Below are positions 19,670-30,765 of a stretch of DNA of 64,000 nucleotides, in pieces. The stretch spans positions 990-64,989 of the forward strand of contig JAILHH010000001.1 of NCBI GenBank assembly GCA_024695935.1, given 5' to 3'. The position numbers and the translations under genes are program-made. Every line of letters starts with the position of its first letter. The first letter of the stretch is position 1. The notes under the pieces were generated by a model. The model worked only from the letters and a program-made list of their open reading frames with translations. It was not told where the DNA came from and did not search any database. This DNA is from Acetatifactor sp. Its GTDB lineage: Bacteria > Bacillota > Clostridia > Lachnospirales > Lachnospiraceae.

Positions 19670-20671
19670 ATGGCATATATAGACAAGATTAAAGACAGAG
19701 CCAGAAGAGACAAAAAAACTATCGTTCTTCCGGAGTCAAATGACAAGAGAACGCTTATCGCGGCTTCAAAGATCCTTGAGGAAGGGATCGCAGATCTTAT
19801 CATGATCGGTGATGAAGAAAAGATCATGGACGGTGCAGGATGGCTTGAAGTTGAACTTGACGGACTTCAGATCGTTAATCCAAAGACCTGCGAAAAACTT
19901 GACTCATACGTGGATCTTCTCTATGAGACAAGAAAAAATAAAGGTATGACACCGGAGAAGGCAAGAGAGATCCTTCTTTCCGATTATCTTACTTTCGGTA
20001 TAGTTATGGTAAAGGCAAATGATGCCGACGGAATGGTGGCAGGAGCCTGTCACTCAACAGCTGACACATTGAGACCTGCACTTCAGATCTTAAAGACAGC
20101 TCCCGGAGTCAAACTTGTATCTGCTTTCTTTGTACTCGATACAGTTATGAAGGACCTTGGAGAAAACGGAACCTTCCTTTTTGCTGACTGCGGATTAAAC
20201 CAGGATCCCACAGCTGAGGAACTTGCGATCATTGCAGATACTTCCGCAAGAAGCTTCAGAAATCTCGTTGGTCCCAAACCTGTTATAGCAATGCTTTCTC
20301 ACTCTACAAAGGGCAGTGCTAAGCATCCGCTGGTAGATAAGGTGGCTGATGCGACCAGGATCGCTCATGAGCAGTATCCCAATCTTACCCTTGACGGAGA
20401 ACTTCAGCTTGATGCCGCACTTGTTCCCGGAGTTGCAAAGACAAAGGCTCCCGGTTCAGAAGTTGGCGGAAAGGCAAATGTTCTCGTATTTCCTAACCTT
20501 GATGCAGGAAATATCGGCTACAAGCTTGTGGAGAGACTCGGAGGCGCAGATGCTTACGGACCCATGCTCCAGGGTATCGCAAAACCTGTAAATGACTTAT
20601 CAAGAGGATGCTCATGGCAGGATATCGTAGGTGTTGTTGCACTTACTGCTGTTCAGGCTCAGTTAGTATAG
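19670..20671 (+). CDS. pta: Phosphate acetyltransferase
   Basis: [27 protein letters not shown]... Pta family. Start at the ATG with RBS ggaga; the upstream TTG-initiated extension was rejected. Confidence 0.9.
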   Translation: MAYIDKIKDRARRDKKTIVLPESNDKRTLIAASKILEEGIADLIMIGDEEKIMDGAGWLEVELDGLQIVNPKTCEKLDSYVDLLYETRKNKGMTPEKAREILLSDYLTFGIVMVKANDADGMVAGACHSTADTLRPALQILKTAPGVKLVSAFFVLDTVMKDLGENGTFLFADCGLNQDPTAEELAIIADTSARSFRNLVGPKPVIAMLSHSTKGSAKHPLVDKVADATRIAHEQYPNLTLDGELQLDAALVPGVAKTKAPGSEVGGKANVLVFPNLDAGNIGYKLVERLGGADAYGPMLQGIAKPVNDLSRGCSWQDIVGVVALTAVQAQLV

Positions 20672-20693
20672 ATTATAAAAGGAGATCATTTTT

Positions 20694-21890
20694 ATGAACG
20701 TTTTGGTAATAAATTGCGGAAGTTCAAGTCTTAAGTTTCAGGTGATCGATTCCGTATCAGAGAAATGTCTTGCGAAGGGACTTTGCGAGAGGATCGGCAT
20801 CGAGGGCAGTATGATCAGCTATACTCCCGACGGTGGGGAAAAAGAAAAGAAAGAGATTCCAATGCCTGATCATACAAAGGCGATCAGCCTGGTGCTCGAG
20901 GCTCTTACAAATGAAAAGACAGGAGTCATCAAAGATCTTTCCGAGATCGGTGCTGTCGGTCACAGGATCGTTCACGGCGGAGAAAAATTCGCAAATTCTA
21001 CTGTTATAGACGATGAAGTGTTAGAGGCTATAAAAGAGTGTAACGACCTTGCACCTCTTCACAACCCCGCAAACCTTATCGGTATAAATGCTTGCAGAGA
21101 ACTTATGCCGAATACTCCCATGGTTGCCGTATTCGATACCGCATTCCATCAGACAATTCCCGCCAAGGCATATATGTACGGTCTTCCCGTATCTTTATAT
21201 GAAAAATACAAGATCAGAAGATATGGTTTCCACGGAACCAGCCATTCATATGTTTCACACAGATGTGCTGAGCTTATGAACAAAAAATACGAGGATGTAA
21301 AGATGATCGTCTGCCACCTCGGAAACGGTGCTTCCGTTTCAGCCATCAAAGATGGAAAGTGTGTTGACACATCCATGGGTCTCACCCCTCTTGAGGGACT
21401 TATCATGGGAACCAGATCCGGTGATATCGATCCTGCCATCATCGAGTTTTTGGCTCACAAGGAAAATCTTTCAATCGATGAAGTGATGACAATACTCAAC
21501 AAAAAGTCCGGAGTTTTAGGACTTTCAAACGGTGTATCCTCTGATTTCAGAGATATCGAGGATGGATACAGAGCAGGAGATAAGTACATGACCCTTGCAA
21601 TGGAAGCTTTCTGCTACAGAGTTGCAAAATATGTGGGTGCTTATGTCGCTTCATTAAACGGTGTCGATGCCATCTGCTTTACGGCAGGTATCGGAGAAAA
21701 CGCTCCTGTTGTCAGAAGCCTTGTATGTGAATACTTAGGTTACCTGGGCGTTTGCTTAAATGAGGAGAATAACAATAAGAGAGGTCTTGATATCGAGATA
21801 TCAGAGCCCGAATGTGCCACAAAGGTGTTTGTTATCCCCACAAATGAGGAACTTGCCATTGCCAGAGAGACTGTAGCTTTGGTTAAGTAA
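20694..21890 (+). CDS. ackA: Acetate kinase
   Basis: MNVLVINCGSSSLKFQV...; 398 aa. Confidence 0.93.
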   Translation: MNVLVINCGSSSLKFQVIDSVSEKCLAKGLCERIGIEGSMISYTPDGGEKEKKEIPMPDHTKAISLVLEALTNEKTGVIKDLSEIGAVGHRIVHGGEKFANSTVIDDEVLEAIKECNDLAPLHNPANLIGINACRELMPNTPMVAVFDTAFHQTIPAKAYMYGLPVSLYEKYKIRRYGFHGTSHSYVSHRCAELMNKKYEDVKMIVCHLGNGASVSAIKDGKCVDTSMGLTPLEGLIMGTRSGDIDPAIIEFLAHKENLSIDEVMTILNKKSGVLGLSNGVSSDFRDIEDGYRAGDKYMTLAMEAFCYRVAKYVGAYVASLNGVDAICFTAGIGENAPVVRSLVCEYLGYLGVCLNEENNNKRGLDIEISEPECATKVFVIPTNEELAIARETVALVK

Positions 21891-21906
21891 TTTTTTAAAA
21901 CATTTG

Positions 21907-21935
21907 TTGACAAATGATTTTTCCCTATGTATAAT
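21907..21935 (+). promoter_or_regulatory. Consensus sigma-A promoter upstream of yceD-rpmF
   Basis: TTGACA, 17-nt spacer, TATAAT (perfect hexamers). Confidence 0.7.
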
Positions 21936-21976
21936 AATCGAGTGTGTGAAAATTCTACGCACTTTTAGGAGTCAGC

Positions 21977-22504
21977 ATGTTAATTAATTTATCCGATGTT
22001 TTGACAAAGGAAGGTAAGACATTAAAAACGCAGGCTGATATAGAGATGAAGGAATTTAAAAGTGGTTTCGGTTCATTTGAGATCACGGAAAATTCCGGAG
22101 TTTTTCTTGAGATAAGCTTTAACGGTGTGAATGAAGCGATACTTAAGGGAAATGCAAAAGTTTCTTTCAGCGCTCCCTGCGACAGATGCCTTAAAGACAC
22201 ATCAGTTGATCTTGATATGGATTTCGAATATGTTATCCATGGACCTGAATTTGTCGGTGAGGATGAAGAGGATGATGACCAGAAGCCATTCATTGACGGT
22301 TATTATCTTGACACTGAGGCTCTTATTAATAACGAGATTTTAGTGAATTGGCCATTAAAGATCCTATGCAAGGAAGATTGCAAGGGTGTATGTCCCGTAT
22401 GCGGACAGGATCTAAACGAAAAACAGTGTGGCTGTGATACTTTTGTCCCGGATCCCAGAATGGCAAAATTTCAAGATATCTTCAACGCGAATAAGGAGGT
22501 GTAA
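21977..22504 (+). CDS. yceD: YceD/DUF177 family protein (large ribosomal subunit accumulation)
   Basis: C-terminal CDRC...CPVCG Cys4; sits immediately upstream of rpmF, as is conserved. Confidence 0.85.
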   Translation: MLINLSDVLTKEGKTLKTQADIEMKEFKSGFGSFEITENSGVFLEISFNGVNEAILKGNAKVSFSAPCDRCLKDTSVDLDMDFEYVIHGPEFVGEDEEDDDQKPFIDGYYLDTEALINNEILVNWPLKILCKEDCKGVCPVCGQDLNEKQCGCDTFVPDPRMAKFQDIFNANKEV

Positions 22505-22506
22505 CG

Positions 22507-22686
22507 ATGTCTATTTGTCCTAAGAATAAATCTTCAAAAGGTAGAAGAGATAAGAGAAGAGCAAACTGGAAGATGAGTGTTCCCGGATTGGTAAAATGCA
22601 GCAAGTGCGGTGCACTTATGATGCCTCATAGAGTTTGTAAGGCTTGCGGTTCTTATAACAAGAAGCAGGTTGTCAGCGTTGACTAA
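22507..22686 (+). CDS. rpmF: 50S ribosomal protein L32
   Basis: MSICPKNKSSKGRRDKRRANWK...CSKCG...CKACGSY; 59 aa. It is below the ORF-track size cutoff, so I translated it by hand. Confidence 0.9.
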   Translation: MSICPKNKSSKGRRDKRRANWKMSVPGLVKCSKCGALMMPHRVCKACGSYNKKQVVSVD

Positions 22687-22705
22687 TTAATATATTCAAC
22701 ATGAA

Positions 22706-22747
22706 TTTACGGCTTTCTCCATTATTTTGGAGAGAGCCTTTTTCATT
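22706..22747 (+). terminator. Terminator after rpmF
   Basis: ggctttctcca-ttatttt-ggagagagcc followed by tttttc. Confidence 0.65.
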
Positions 22748-22800
22748 TTAGGAGGAAAATAATTTTCTGATACATGGCGGTTTACTTTTCCTTTTTTTTC

Positions 22801-22829
22801 TTGATTTTTGATAGTCCCTTTAGTATAGT
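22801..22829 (+). promoter_or_regulatory. Sigma-A type promoter upstream of plsX
   Basis: TTGATT, 17-nt spacer, TATAGT. Confidence 0.5.
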
Positions 22830-22861
22830 TAAAGAGATGTTTATGATGCACGAAAGGAATT

Positions 22862-23872
22862 ATGGAAATGGCAGAAATGGTCAGAGTTGCCGTTGACGCA
22901 ATGGGCGGAGACAATGCTCCCGCTGAGATAGTCAAAGGCGCAGTTGAAGCTGTTAATGAAGATGATCGTGTGAAGGTTTTGCTGGTGGGCATTGAGGAAG
23001 CGGTCGCTTCTGAGTTAAGTAAATATACTTTCCCGGCAGACAGGATCGAGATCGTAAATGCTTCTGAAGTTATCGAGATGGGTGAACCTCCCGTTATGGC
23101 CATCAGAAAGAAAAAAGATTCCTCCATCGTAAAGGGCCTCACCATGGTTAAGTCAGGTGAAGCTGATGCTTTTGTCTCTGCCGGTAGTACAGGTGCCGTT
23201 TTGGTAGGCGGAACCGTTATCGCAGGCAGGCTTAAGGGTGTTGAGAGAGCACCTCTTGCTCCCCTTATCCCTAACAAAGACGGAGCCTCGCTTCTTATCG
23301 ACTGCGGTGCGAATGTTGATGCAAGACCTTCTCATCTTGTTCAATTTGCAAAGATGGGCAGTGTCTACATGGAAAATGTTGTGGGCATTAAAAATCCCAG
23401 GGTCGCTATCGTAAATATCGGTGCAGAGGAAGAAAAAGGAAATGCGCTTGTCAAAGAGACTTTTCCTCTTTTGAAGGCTTGTCCCGAGATCAATTTCATC
23501 GGAAGCATAGAGGCCAGAGATATCCCGGCAGGAGCAGCGGATGTCATTGTCTGTGAAGCTTTTACGGGAAATGTTATCCTGAAAATGTATGAAGGCGTGG
23601 GCGCTGTACTTATTTCAAAGGTAAAAGAAGGTCTCATGACAAACTTAAGATCAAAGATAGGTGCTCTTTTGATCAAACCTGCTTTGAAAAAGACTTTAAA
23701 GGGCTTCTCCCTGGAAGAATACGGCGGAGCTCCTTTGCTTGGACTTAACGGTCTGGTCGTAAAGACCCACGGAAGTTCAAAGGCAATTGAAATCAAACAT
23801 TCGATCTTGCAATGTATAGATTTTTCAGAGATGAAGATCAATGACAAGATCCGCGAGATTATTTCTTGCTAA
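22862..23872 (+). CDS. plsX: Phosphate acyltransferase PlsX
   Basis: VRVAVDAMGGDNAP...; 336 aa. Confidence 0.92.
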   Translation: MEMAEMVRVAVDAMGGDNAPAEIVKGAVEAVNEDDRVKVLLVGIEEAVASELSKYTFPADRIEIVNASEVIEMGEPPVMAIRKKKDSSIVKGLTMVKSGEADAFVSAGSTGAVLVGGTVIAGRLKGVERAPLAPLIPNKDGASLLIDCGANVDARPSHLVQFAKMGSVYMENVVGIKNPRVAIVNIGAEEEKGNALVKETFPLLKACPEINFIGSIEARDIPAGAADVIVCEAFTGNVILKMYEGVGAVLISKVKEGLMTNLRSKIGALLIKPALKKTLKGFSLEEYGGAPLLGLNGLVVKTHGSSKAIEIKHSILQCIDFSEMKINDKIREIISC

Positions 23873-23896
23873 CACAAAAGAAAGAAGGATTTTTAA

Positions 23897-24127
23897 ATGG
23901 AATTTGAAAAGTTAAAACAGATTATTGCAGATGTACTCAACGTTGATCCCGAGGAGATCAAGCCTGAGACAACTTTTATGGATGACCTTGGTGCAGATTC
24001 ACTCGATGTTTTCCAGATAATTTTGGGAATCGAGGATACTTTTCAGATCGAAGTACCTGCTGAGAAGGCCGAAAAGATCACAACTGTTGAGGAAGCTGTT
24101 GAATTGATCAAAAGCGCTATCAATTAG
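23897..24127 (+). CDS. acpP: Acyl carrier protein
   Basis: DLGADSLD phosphopantetheine-attachment motif; 76 aa. Confidence 0.93.
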   Translation: MEFEKLKQIIADVLNVDPEEIKPETTFMDDLGADSLDVFQIILGIEDTFQIEVPAEKAEKITTVEEAVELIKSAIN

Positions 24128-24199
24128 TTTTATGAAGACTTCAAGTATTCCTGGATGATAATCATTCAGGAATACTTGTTTTAATATCGGAGATTTTGC

Positions 24200-24913
24200 A
24201 TGAGTAATACTTTTGATGATTCTATTTTAGAGGAGAGGATCGGCTATAAATTTAAAGACAGATCACTGCTTATGAGAGCTCTTACCCATTCCTCTTATAC
24301 CAATGAACAAAAGATAAATAAAGTTGAGGACTATGAGCGCCTTGAGTTTTTGGGAGATGCTGTTTTGGAGCTGGTGACCAGCGAAACTCTCTTCAGGGAA
24401 CATCCCGAAATGAAAGAGGGACAGCTTACCAAACTGCGCGCATCCATGGTATGTGAGCAGGCACTGGCTTATTGCGCAAAAGATATCAAACTTGGTGATT
24501 TTATCAAGCTCGGAAAAGGTGAGGAAGCCAGCGGCGGCAGAAACCGTGAAAGTATTACAAGTGATGTCATGGAAGCACTTATAGGTGCCATGTATCTGGA
24601 TGGCGGTATGGATGTTGCCAGAAAGCATATCGAGACGTTCATATTAAATGACCTTGAGGAAAAAGTATTGTTTGTAGACTCCAAAAGCTCGCTCCAGGAG
24701 CTGATCCAGGGCGTTTTACACAGAGATTTTGAATATGAATTTGTGGGAGAAAAAGGTCCCGAACATGACAAGACATTTGAAGTAAAGATCGTTATGGACG
24801 GGGAAGAAATTGGTCGCGGTGAGGGTCGCACCAAAAAGGCTGCACAGCAGGCAGCTGCCTATGAGGCATTAGTATATTTAAGGGGAAAAGGTTATGTATT
24901 TAAAAAGTATTGA
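24200..24913 (+). CDS. rnc: Ribonuclease III
   Basis: ERLEFLGDAVLEL signature plus C-terminal dsRBD. Confidence 0.93.
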   Translation: MSNTFDDSILEERIGYKFKDRSLLMRALTHSSYTNEQKINKVEDYERLEFLGDAVLELVTSETLFREHPEMKEGQLTKLRASMVCEQALAYCAKDIKLGDFIKLGKGEEASGGRNRESITSDVMEALIGAMYLDGGMDVARKHIETFILNDLEEKVLFVDSKSSLQELIQGVLHRDFEYEFVGEKGPEHDKTFEVKIVMDGEEIGRGEGRTKKAAQQAAAYEALVYLRGKGYVFKKY

Positions 24914-27900
24914 AGTACATGGATTTAAGTCCTTTGCCAATAAAATTCTATTTCAGTTTCACAATGGAATTACAGGTATAGTAGGTCCCAACGGATCCGG
25001 AAAAAGTAATGTTGCGGATGCGGTCAGGTGGGTACTTGGAGAACAGCGTATAAAGCAGCTTCGAGGCGCCAGCATGCAGGACGTCATCTTTTCCGGTACT
25101 GAGCTCAGAAAGCCTTTAAGCTATGCCTATGTTGCCATCACTCTTGATAATTCAGATCATCAGCTTTCCGTAGATTATGATGAGGTTACTGTCGCAAGAC
25201 GTCTCTACAGGTCGGGAGAGAGTGAATATCTGATAAACGGTACTCTTTGCCGTTTAAAGGATGTAAATGAACTATTCTATGATACCGGTATCGGTAAAGA
25301 AGGATATTCTATTATCGGTCAGGGTCAGATCGACAAGATATTAAGCGGTAAGCCTGAGGAAAGACGTGAGCTTTTCGATGAAGCCGCAGGTATCGTTAAA
25401 TTTAAAAAGCGTAAGGCTGCAGCCATTACCAAACTGGAAAATGAAAAGGCAAATCTCCTGCGTGTAAACGATATTTTATCTGAGATCTCAAGACAGGTCG
25501 GACCTTTGGAAAAGCAATCTGAAAAGGCAAAGATTTTCCTGAAAAAGAAAGAGGAATTAAAGACTTTAGATCTCAATGTGTTTATGCTTGAGAATAACAG
25601 ACTGAACGATCAGTTAAATCAGGTCTGTGAAAAATATGATATTGCCAATAATGAACTTACTGCCGCAAATGAGAAATTTGAAGGTGTCAAGGAAGAATAC
25701 GAGAGAGTTCAGGCTGATATCGAGTCACTTGATATAGCTATAGAAGAAGCCCGTCAGAATCTTTCCGACACAGGCCTTAAGAGAAATCAGCTTGAAGGCC
25801 AGATCAATGTCCTCAAGGAACAGATAAATTCCGATAAAGGAAGCGAAAAGCATCTTACAAATCGCCGTCAGGCCCTGAATGATGAGATCGCCGCAAAAGA
25901 TGTGGAAAAGGAAAATATCCTCAGAGAAAAGAGCGGCATTGATGAGCAGGTAAAGGATATTGTTGATGAAGCCGGTAAGGAAAAACAGGCTTTGGAAGAA
26001 CTTCAAAACAAGATCGAACAGTTAAACTCCGCAATTGAAAGCGGTAAAAATACCATTATCGCGGAACTTAACCAGCGTGCTGTCATCAAATCCAAAATGG
26101 GTCGTTATGATACCATGATGGAGCAGATAAATATCAGAAAAGCTGAGCTTAATTCCAGGATCCTTCGTGCAAAGACCGATGAGGCAGAGCGTGAGGAAGC
26201 CATTAAGGCTTTGGAGGAAGAATTTCAGGATATCACAAAAGAGATAGGCAAGTTAAACGAGACCATCGCCGCAGGTGAGAATGAACTGGGAGAGATCAGG
26301 ATCACACTTACGGATAAGGATACTCTCCTCAGAGAAAAGGAAAACAAGTTCCACCAGGAAAAATCAAAACTCGATGCCCTGAGTAATATCACAGAGAGAT
26401 ATGAAGGCTACGGCGGTTCCGTAAAGCGTGTTATGGAGAAAAAAGATTCCGTAAAAGGAATCGTAGGTGTTGTAGCCGATATCATAAAGGTTGATAAAAA
26501 GTATGAGACTGCCATCGAGATAGCACTCGGCGGAAATATCCAGAACATTGTCACAGACGATGAGGATACCGCAAAGAAGATGATCTCATATTTAAAGGAA
26601 AATAAGCTTGGACGTGCCACATTCCTGCCTCTTACAAGCATCACAAATCCTCAGGAGTTTAAAAATCCCGAGGCTTTAAGTGAAAAGGGGGTCATCGGAA
26701 TGGCCGATGAGCTGGTTGACATTGACAAAAAATACAAAGACGTTGCCAAGGCAATGCTCGGACGTATTGTGGTCGTTGACAATGTGGACAATGCCGTAAA
26801 GATCGCAAGGAAATTCGATTACGGTATCCGTATGGTCACTCTCGAAGGAGAACTTCTTGTTCCCGGAGGAGCCATCAGCGGAGGTACATTTAAGAATAAC
26901 AGTAATCTCCTGGGACGAAGACGTGAGATGGATGAACTCGAAAAATCTGTCAAAGCGCTGTCCGCCGATATTGACAGATTAAACATCGAGATCGAAGAGG
27001 ACAAGACAAAGAGAAACAAGCTTCGTATGGAGATAGAGACCTTAAAGACAGATCTTCAGCGCAAATCTATTGAGCAGAATACCGCCAGGATCAACGTGGA
27101 GGCGGCAAGAAACCGTATGGAAGAGGAAGCGGAAGGAGTTGTCAGCTTAAAGGCTGAACAGCAGGATATCGAATCCCAGATCTTTGAGATCACAAACAGC
27201 AAGGAAACCATTAACGAGGAACTTAAAAATTCCGAGGAAAGCGAAGCAAAGACAAAAGAAGACATCGATGCATTTCAGGCAGAACTTGATAAACTTCGCC
27301 ATGAGGAGACCGAGGCTGCAGCTAAAGTTAACGAATGGGATATCAAGGTGGAAAAGATGCTTCAGACCCAGGGCTTCCACCAGGCTAACGTTGATCGTAT
27401 AAATGAGGAAATATCCGCAAGACAGTCAGAACTTGACGAGATCGTTGAAGCCCTTACTAAGACTGCAGCTGATATTTTGGAAAAAGAGCATAATATCACA
27501 GAGATCACAAAGACTATCGAGGCATCCCATGATGCCCAGTCCGAATCTCAAAAGAAGCTTTCTGCAGATATTGCCAGAAAAGAAGAACTTTCCGCAAAGC
27601 AAAAGAATTTCTTTAATTCCAGAGAAGAACTCTCCGACAAGATCACCAATCTTGACAAGGAAGTATACAGATTATCTTCTCAAAAGGAAAAGTTCGAGGA
27701 ACAGATCGAAAACCAGATCAATTACATGTGGGAAGAATATGAGATCACTCTTTCCGATGCCGCAAGCGTCAGAAACGAGGAGATGAATGATCTGTCCGCC
27801 ATGAAAAAGGATATTGCTTCAATAAAGGACGAGATCAAGAAACTGGGTGATGTCAATGTTAATGCCATTGAGGATTACAAGAACCTCATGGAGAGATACA

Positions 27901-28454
27901 CATTCCTTCAGACACAGCATGACGATCTGGAAGAAGCAGAAAAATCTCTTGAGGGTATCATTGCAGAACTTGATGTAAATATGCGCAAGCAGTTTACGGA
28001 AAAGTTCGCAGAGATCAATCATGAGTTTGACAAAGTATTCAAGGAACTGTTCGGAGGTGGAAAAGGTTCCATCGAGCTTATGGAGGATGATGATATCCTG
28101 GAGGCAGGAATCCGTATCATAGCTCAGCCACCCGGAAAGAAACTGCAGAACATGATGCAGCTCTCCGGTGGAGAGAAGGCCCTTACTGCCATCGCGCTTT
28201 TGTTTGCGATCCAGAACTTAAAGCCTTCACCCTTCTGTCTGCTTGACGAGATCGAGGCTGCTCTTGATGATAACAACGTGGGAAGATTTGCAAAATATCT
28301 TCACAAGCTTACCAAGAATACGCAGTTTATCGTTATCACTCACAGACGAGGCACCATGGAACAGGTGGACAGACTTTACGGTATCACCATGCAGGAAAAA
28401 GGTGTTTCCACCCTTGTCAGCGTAAATCTTATCGATAAAGATCTGACGGATTAA
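24894..28454 (+). CDS. smc: Chromosome segregation protein SMC
   Basis: MYLKSIEVHGFKSF...GPNGSGKSN Walker A, long coiled coils, hinge, LSGGEK signature, C-terminal Walker B. Confidence 0.95.
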   Translation: MYLKSIEVHGFKSFANKILFQFHNGITGIVGPNGSGKSNVADAVRWVLGEQRIKQLRGASMQDVIFSGTELRKPLSYAYVAITLDNSDHQLSVDYDEVTVARRLYRSGESEYLINGTLCRLKDVNELFYDTGIGKEGYSIIGQGQIDKILSGKPEERRELFDEAAGIVKFKKRKAAAITKLENEKANLLRVNDILSEISRQVGPLEKQSEKAKIFLKKKEELKTLDLNVFMLENNRLNDQLNQVCEKYDIANNELTAANEKFEGVKEEYERVQADIESLDIAIEEARQNLSDTGLKRNQLEGQINVLKEQINSDKGSEKHLTNRRQALNDEIAAKDVEKENILREKSGIDEQVKDIVDEAGKEKQALEELQNKIEQLNSAIESGKNTIIAELNQRAVIKSKMGRYDTMMEQINIRKAELNSRILRAKTDEAEREEAIKALEEEFQDITKEIGKLNETIAAGENELGEIRITLTDKDTLLREKENKFHQEKSKLDALSNITERYEGYGGSVKRVMEKKDSVKGIVGVVADIIKVDKKYETAIEIALGGNIQNIVTDDEDTAKKMISYLKENKLGRATFLPLTSITNPQEFKNPEALSEKGVIGMADELVDIDKKYKDVAKAMLGRIVVVDNVDNAVKIARKFDYGIRMVTLEGELLVPGGAISGGTFKNNSNLLGRRREMDELEKSVKALSADIDRLNIEIEEDKTKRNKLRMEIETLKTDLQRKSIEQNTARINVEAARNRMEEEAEGVVSLKAEQQDIESQIFEITNSKETINEELKNSEESEAKTKEDIDAFQAELDKLRHEETEAAAKVNEWDIKVEKMLQTQGFHQANVDRINEEISARQSELDEIVEALTKTAADILEKEHNITEITKTIEASHDAQSESQKKLSADIARKEELSAKQKNFFNSREELSDKITNLDKEVYRLSSQKEKFEEQIENQINYMWEEYEITLSDAASVRNEEMNDLSAMKKDIASIKDEIKKLGDVNVNAIEDYKNLMERYTFLQTQHDDLEEAEKSLEGIIAELDVNMRKQFTEKFAEINHEFDKVFKELFGGGKGSIELMEDDDILEAGIRIIAQPPGKKLQNMMQLSGGEKALTAIALLFAIQNLKPSPFCLLDEIEAALDDNNVGRFAKYLHKLTKNTQFIVITHRRGTMEQVDRLYGITMQEKGVSTLVSVNLIDKDLTD

Positions 28455-28467
28455 TTAAGGAGACCAA

Positions 28468-29385
28468 ATGGGTTTTTTTGAAAGATTAAAAAATGGATTA
28501 TCAAAGACCAGAGACAATTTCGTCAAAGGTATAGATAATGTTTTCAGCGGTTTTTCATCCATAGACGAGGATCTGTTTGAGGAACTCGAAGAGATACTCA
28601 TAATGGGAGATTTAGGTGTAAAAGCCACTGAAGAGATCCTGGATAAATTAAAAAAGGATATCAAAGAAAAGCATATCAAGGAGCCTGAAGAGTGCAAACA
28701 GCTTTTAATCGATTCCATCATGGAACAGATGAAGCAGCCGGAGGATTCCTATGCTTTTGAAAATGAGCAGTCCATAATTATGGTCGTAGGTGTGAACGGT
28801 GTGGGAAAGACTACATCCGTGGGAAAACTTGCCGGATTGTTAAAAAGTAACGGCAGGAAAGTTCTGATCGCAGCCGCCGACACATTCAGGGCAGCTGCCG
28901 GAGATCAGCTTGAAATGTGGGCTGAGAGAGCCGGTGTCCCCATGGTAAGAGGTACCGAAGGAGCAGATCCTGCCAGCGTTGTTTATGATGCTGTCAATGC
29001 CGCAAAGGCCAGAAATGTAGATGTTCTTTTGATCGATACCGCAGGAAGACTCCATAACAAGAAAAATCTCATGGAAGAGCTTCGCAAGATGAACAAGATC
29101 GTAGACAATGTTTTCCCCGATGCACACAGGGAAAACCTCATTGTTTTGGATTCTACCACAGGTCAGAACGCTCTGGTTCAGGCCAGAGAATTCGGAGATG
29201 TCTGTGACCTTACGGGAATCATCCTTACAAAGATGGACGGAACCGCAAAGGGCGGTATAGCTATTGCCATTGAGTCCGAGATTGATGTCCCCGTTAAGTT
29301 TATCGGTGTGGGAGAAGGTATCGAAGACCTGCAAAAATTCAATTCCGAAGATTTTGTAAATGCTTTATTTGACATTTCACAATAA
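28468..29385 (+). CDS. ftsY: Signal recognition particle receptor FtsY
   Basis: GVNGVGKTT, DTAGR and TKMDGTAKGG SRP-GTPase motifs; 305 aa. Confidence 0.93.
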   Translation: MGFFERLKNGLSKTRDNFVKGIDNVFSGFSSIDEDLFEELEEILIMGDLGVKATEEILDKLKKDIKEKHIKEPEECKQLLIDSIMEQMKQPEDSYAFENEQSIIMVVGVNGVGKTTSVGKLAGLLKSNGRKVLIAAADTFRAAAGDQLEMWAERAGVPMVRGTEGADPASVVYDAVNAAKARNVDVLLIDTAGRLHNKKNLMEELRKMNKIVDNVFPDAHRENLIVLDSTTGQNALVQAREFGDVCDLTGIILTKMDGTAKGGIAIAIESEIDVPVKFIGVGEGIEDLQKFNSEDFVNALFDISQ

Positions 29386-29437
29386 AGTGATAGAATAGCC
29401 TTGATAAAAATTTTAAAAGAAGCTTTACAGCCGAGCA

Positions 29438-29472
29438 AATCCGCATATATTTCATATGCGGATTTATTTTTT
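29438..29472 (+). terminator. Rho-independent terminator after ftsY
   Basis: aaatccgcatat-atttc-atatgcggattt followed by attttttg. Confidence 0.8.
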
Positions 29473-29486
29473 GGGGGATTTAAGCC

Positions 29487-30434
29487 ATGTTTGATAATTT
29501 AAAATCTAAAATGACTGATTCGGGAATTATGAGTATCTTAAAAGAGAATGAGATAGATAAGAAAAACCTTGAAAAAAAGACTAATTTTCAGAGACTCCTG
29601 GATTATTTTGTGATCACTGTGGGCGCTTTTTTATATGCTGTTGCAGTAAGCCTGTTTCTGGACCCGAACAATTTTGCACCGGGAGGAGTTACAGGTGTTT
29701 CCATCATACTGAGCCGTTTCGTGAATCTTGAGACAGGTACTCTGATCTTTATCATCAATATTCCGATTATGATACTGGGCATGGTGAAGTTTGGTTTCAG
29801 ATTTATTCTTTCAACCATATATTGTACCTCCCTTGTTTCATTTTTTACCAATTTATTATCGCCGCTTGGGGCTGCCACGGATGACAGATTTTTGGCTTCC
29901 ATTGTGGGCGGTGCGCTTACTGCGGTTTCCCTTGGAATTGTATTTAAGGCCGGTGCCACCAGCGGAGGAACGGATATCATTATCAAGGTTTTGAGATTAA
30001 AATATCCATATTTAAAGACCGGGGCATTATTTATGATAATGGACTCCACCATCGTTGCCATATCAGCCTTTGTTTTCCATGATCTGAATACAGCGTTATA
30101 TGCCGGTGTTGTAGTGGTAGTCACTTCGCTTTTGATCGATGTGGTGCTTTATGGAAGAGACGGAGCGAAACTTATATTTATAATCTCAGACTATTCTGAA
30201 GCAATTACGTCAAGGCTCCTTGAGGAACTGGATGTGGGAGTGACTCATATGGATGGAAAGGGCGCTTATTCCGGAAAGGAAAAGCAGGTCATAATGGCCG
30301 CAGTCAAAAAGACCCTCGCCGGCAAGGTGGAGACCATCGTAAAGGAGGAGGACCCTCTGGCTTTTATGATCATTAGCTCAGCCACCGAGATCTACGGAGA
30401 AGGGTATAAGAATATTTTCAGTGAGAAGCTATAG
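29487..30434 (+). CDS. YitT family membrane protein (DUF161 plus DUF2179)
   Basis: Multi-TM N-terminal domain with a C-terminal soluble DUF2179-like domain; 315 aa. Confidence 0.75.
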   Translation: MFDNLKSKMTDSGIMSILKENEIDKKNLEKKTNFQRLLDYFVITVGAFLYAVAVSLFLDPNNFAPGGVTGVSIILSRFVNLETGTLIFIINIPIMILGMVKFGFRFILSTIYCTSLVSFFTNLLSPLGAATDDRFLASIVGGALTAVSLGIVFKAGATSGGTDIIIKVLRLKYPYLKTGALFMIMDSTIVAISAFVFHDLNTALYAGVVVVVTSLLIDVVLYGRDGAKLIFIISDYSEAITSRLLEELDVGVTHMDGKGAYSGKEKQVIMAAVKKTLAGKVETIVKEEDPLAFMIISSATEIYGEGYKNIFSEKL

Positions 30435-30465
30435 GTGATGCCTGTTTTTGGGTGCCGGTCCGACT

Positions 30466-30640
30466 TAAAATTGTAAACTATGAGAATAGTCGGTATGCTA
30501 TATCCGACCGAACAGACAAATATTGTAAATTAGTCGGTAAAAATTACTTCTCCATTAGAAAAGTAATGGAAAACCACCTGCTAAATGAAGAAAAAGCTTA
30601 GCTTAGTCGGTTTATGAGTACCGACTATACTAAGCTTTTA
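30466..30640. repeat. Cluster of short direct and inverted repeats built on a TAGTCGGTA core (attgtaaa-N-tagtcggta twice, and the hairpin gcttagtcggt/accgactaagc), plus the nested hairpin attacttctccattagaaaagtaat
   Basis: Read directly from the sequence; it lies at the left edge of the AT-rich island. Confidence 0.6.
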
Positions 30641-30765
30641 ATAGTTTTAGTAGGAATAAGGATTCGAAATGCATCATATTAGCTATAACTAAAATGAGTA
30701 ATATATCTATTTGTATGAAATACAATTTTTGTTTGATTTGATAAGGGTATCCTTCACTTATGAAG

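Noticed and set aside
30466-30640. Possible CRISPR array, suggested by repeated TAGTCGGTA cores
   Set aside because: Only 3-4 short copies are present (8-9 nt). They are irregularly spaced and in mixed orientation, with no cas genes. This is not a CRISPR array.
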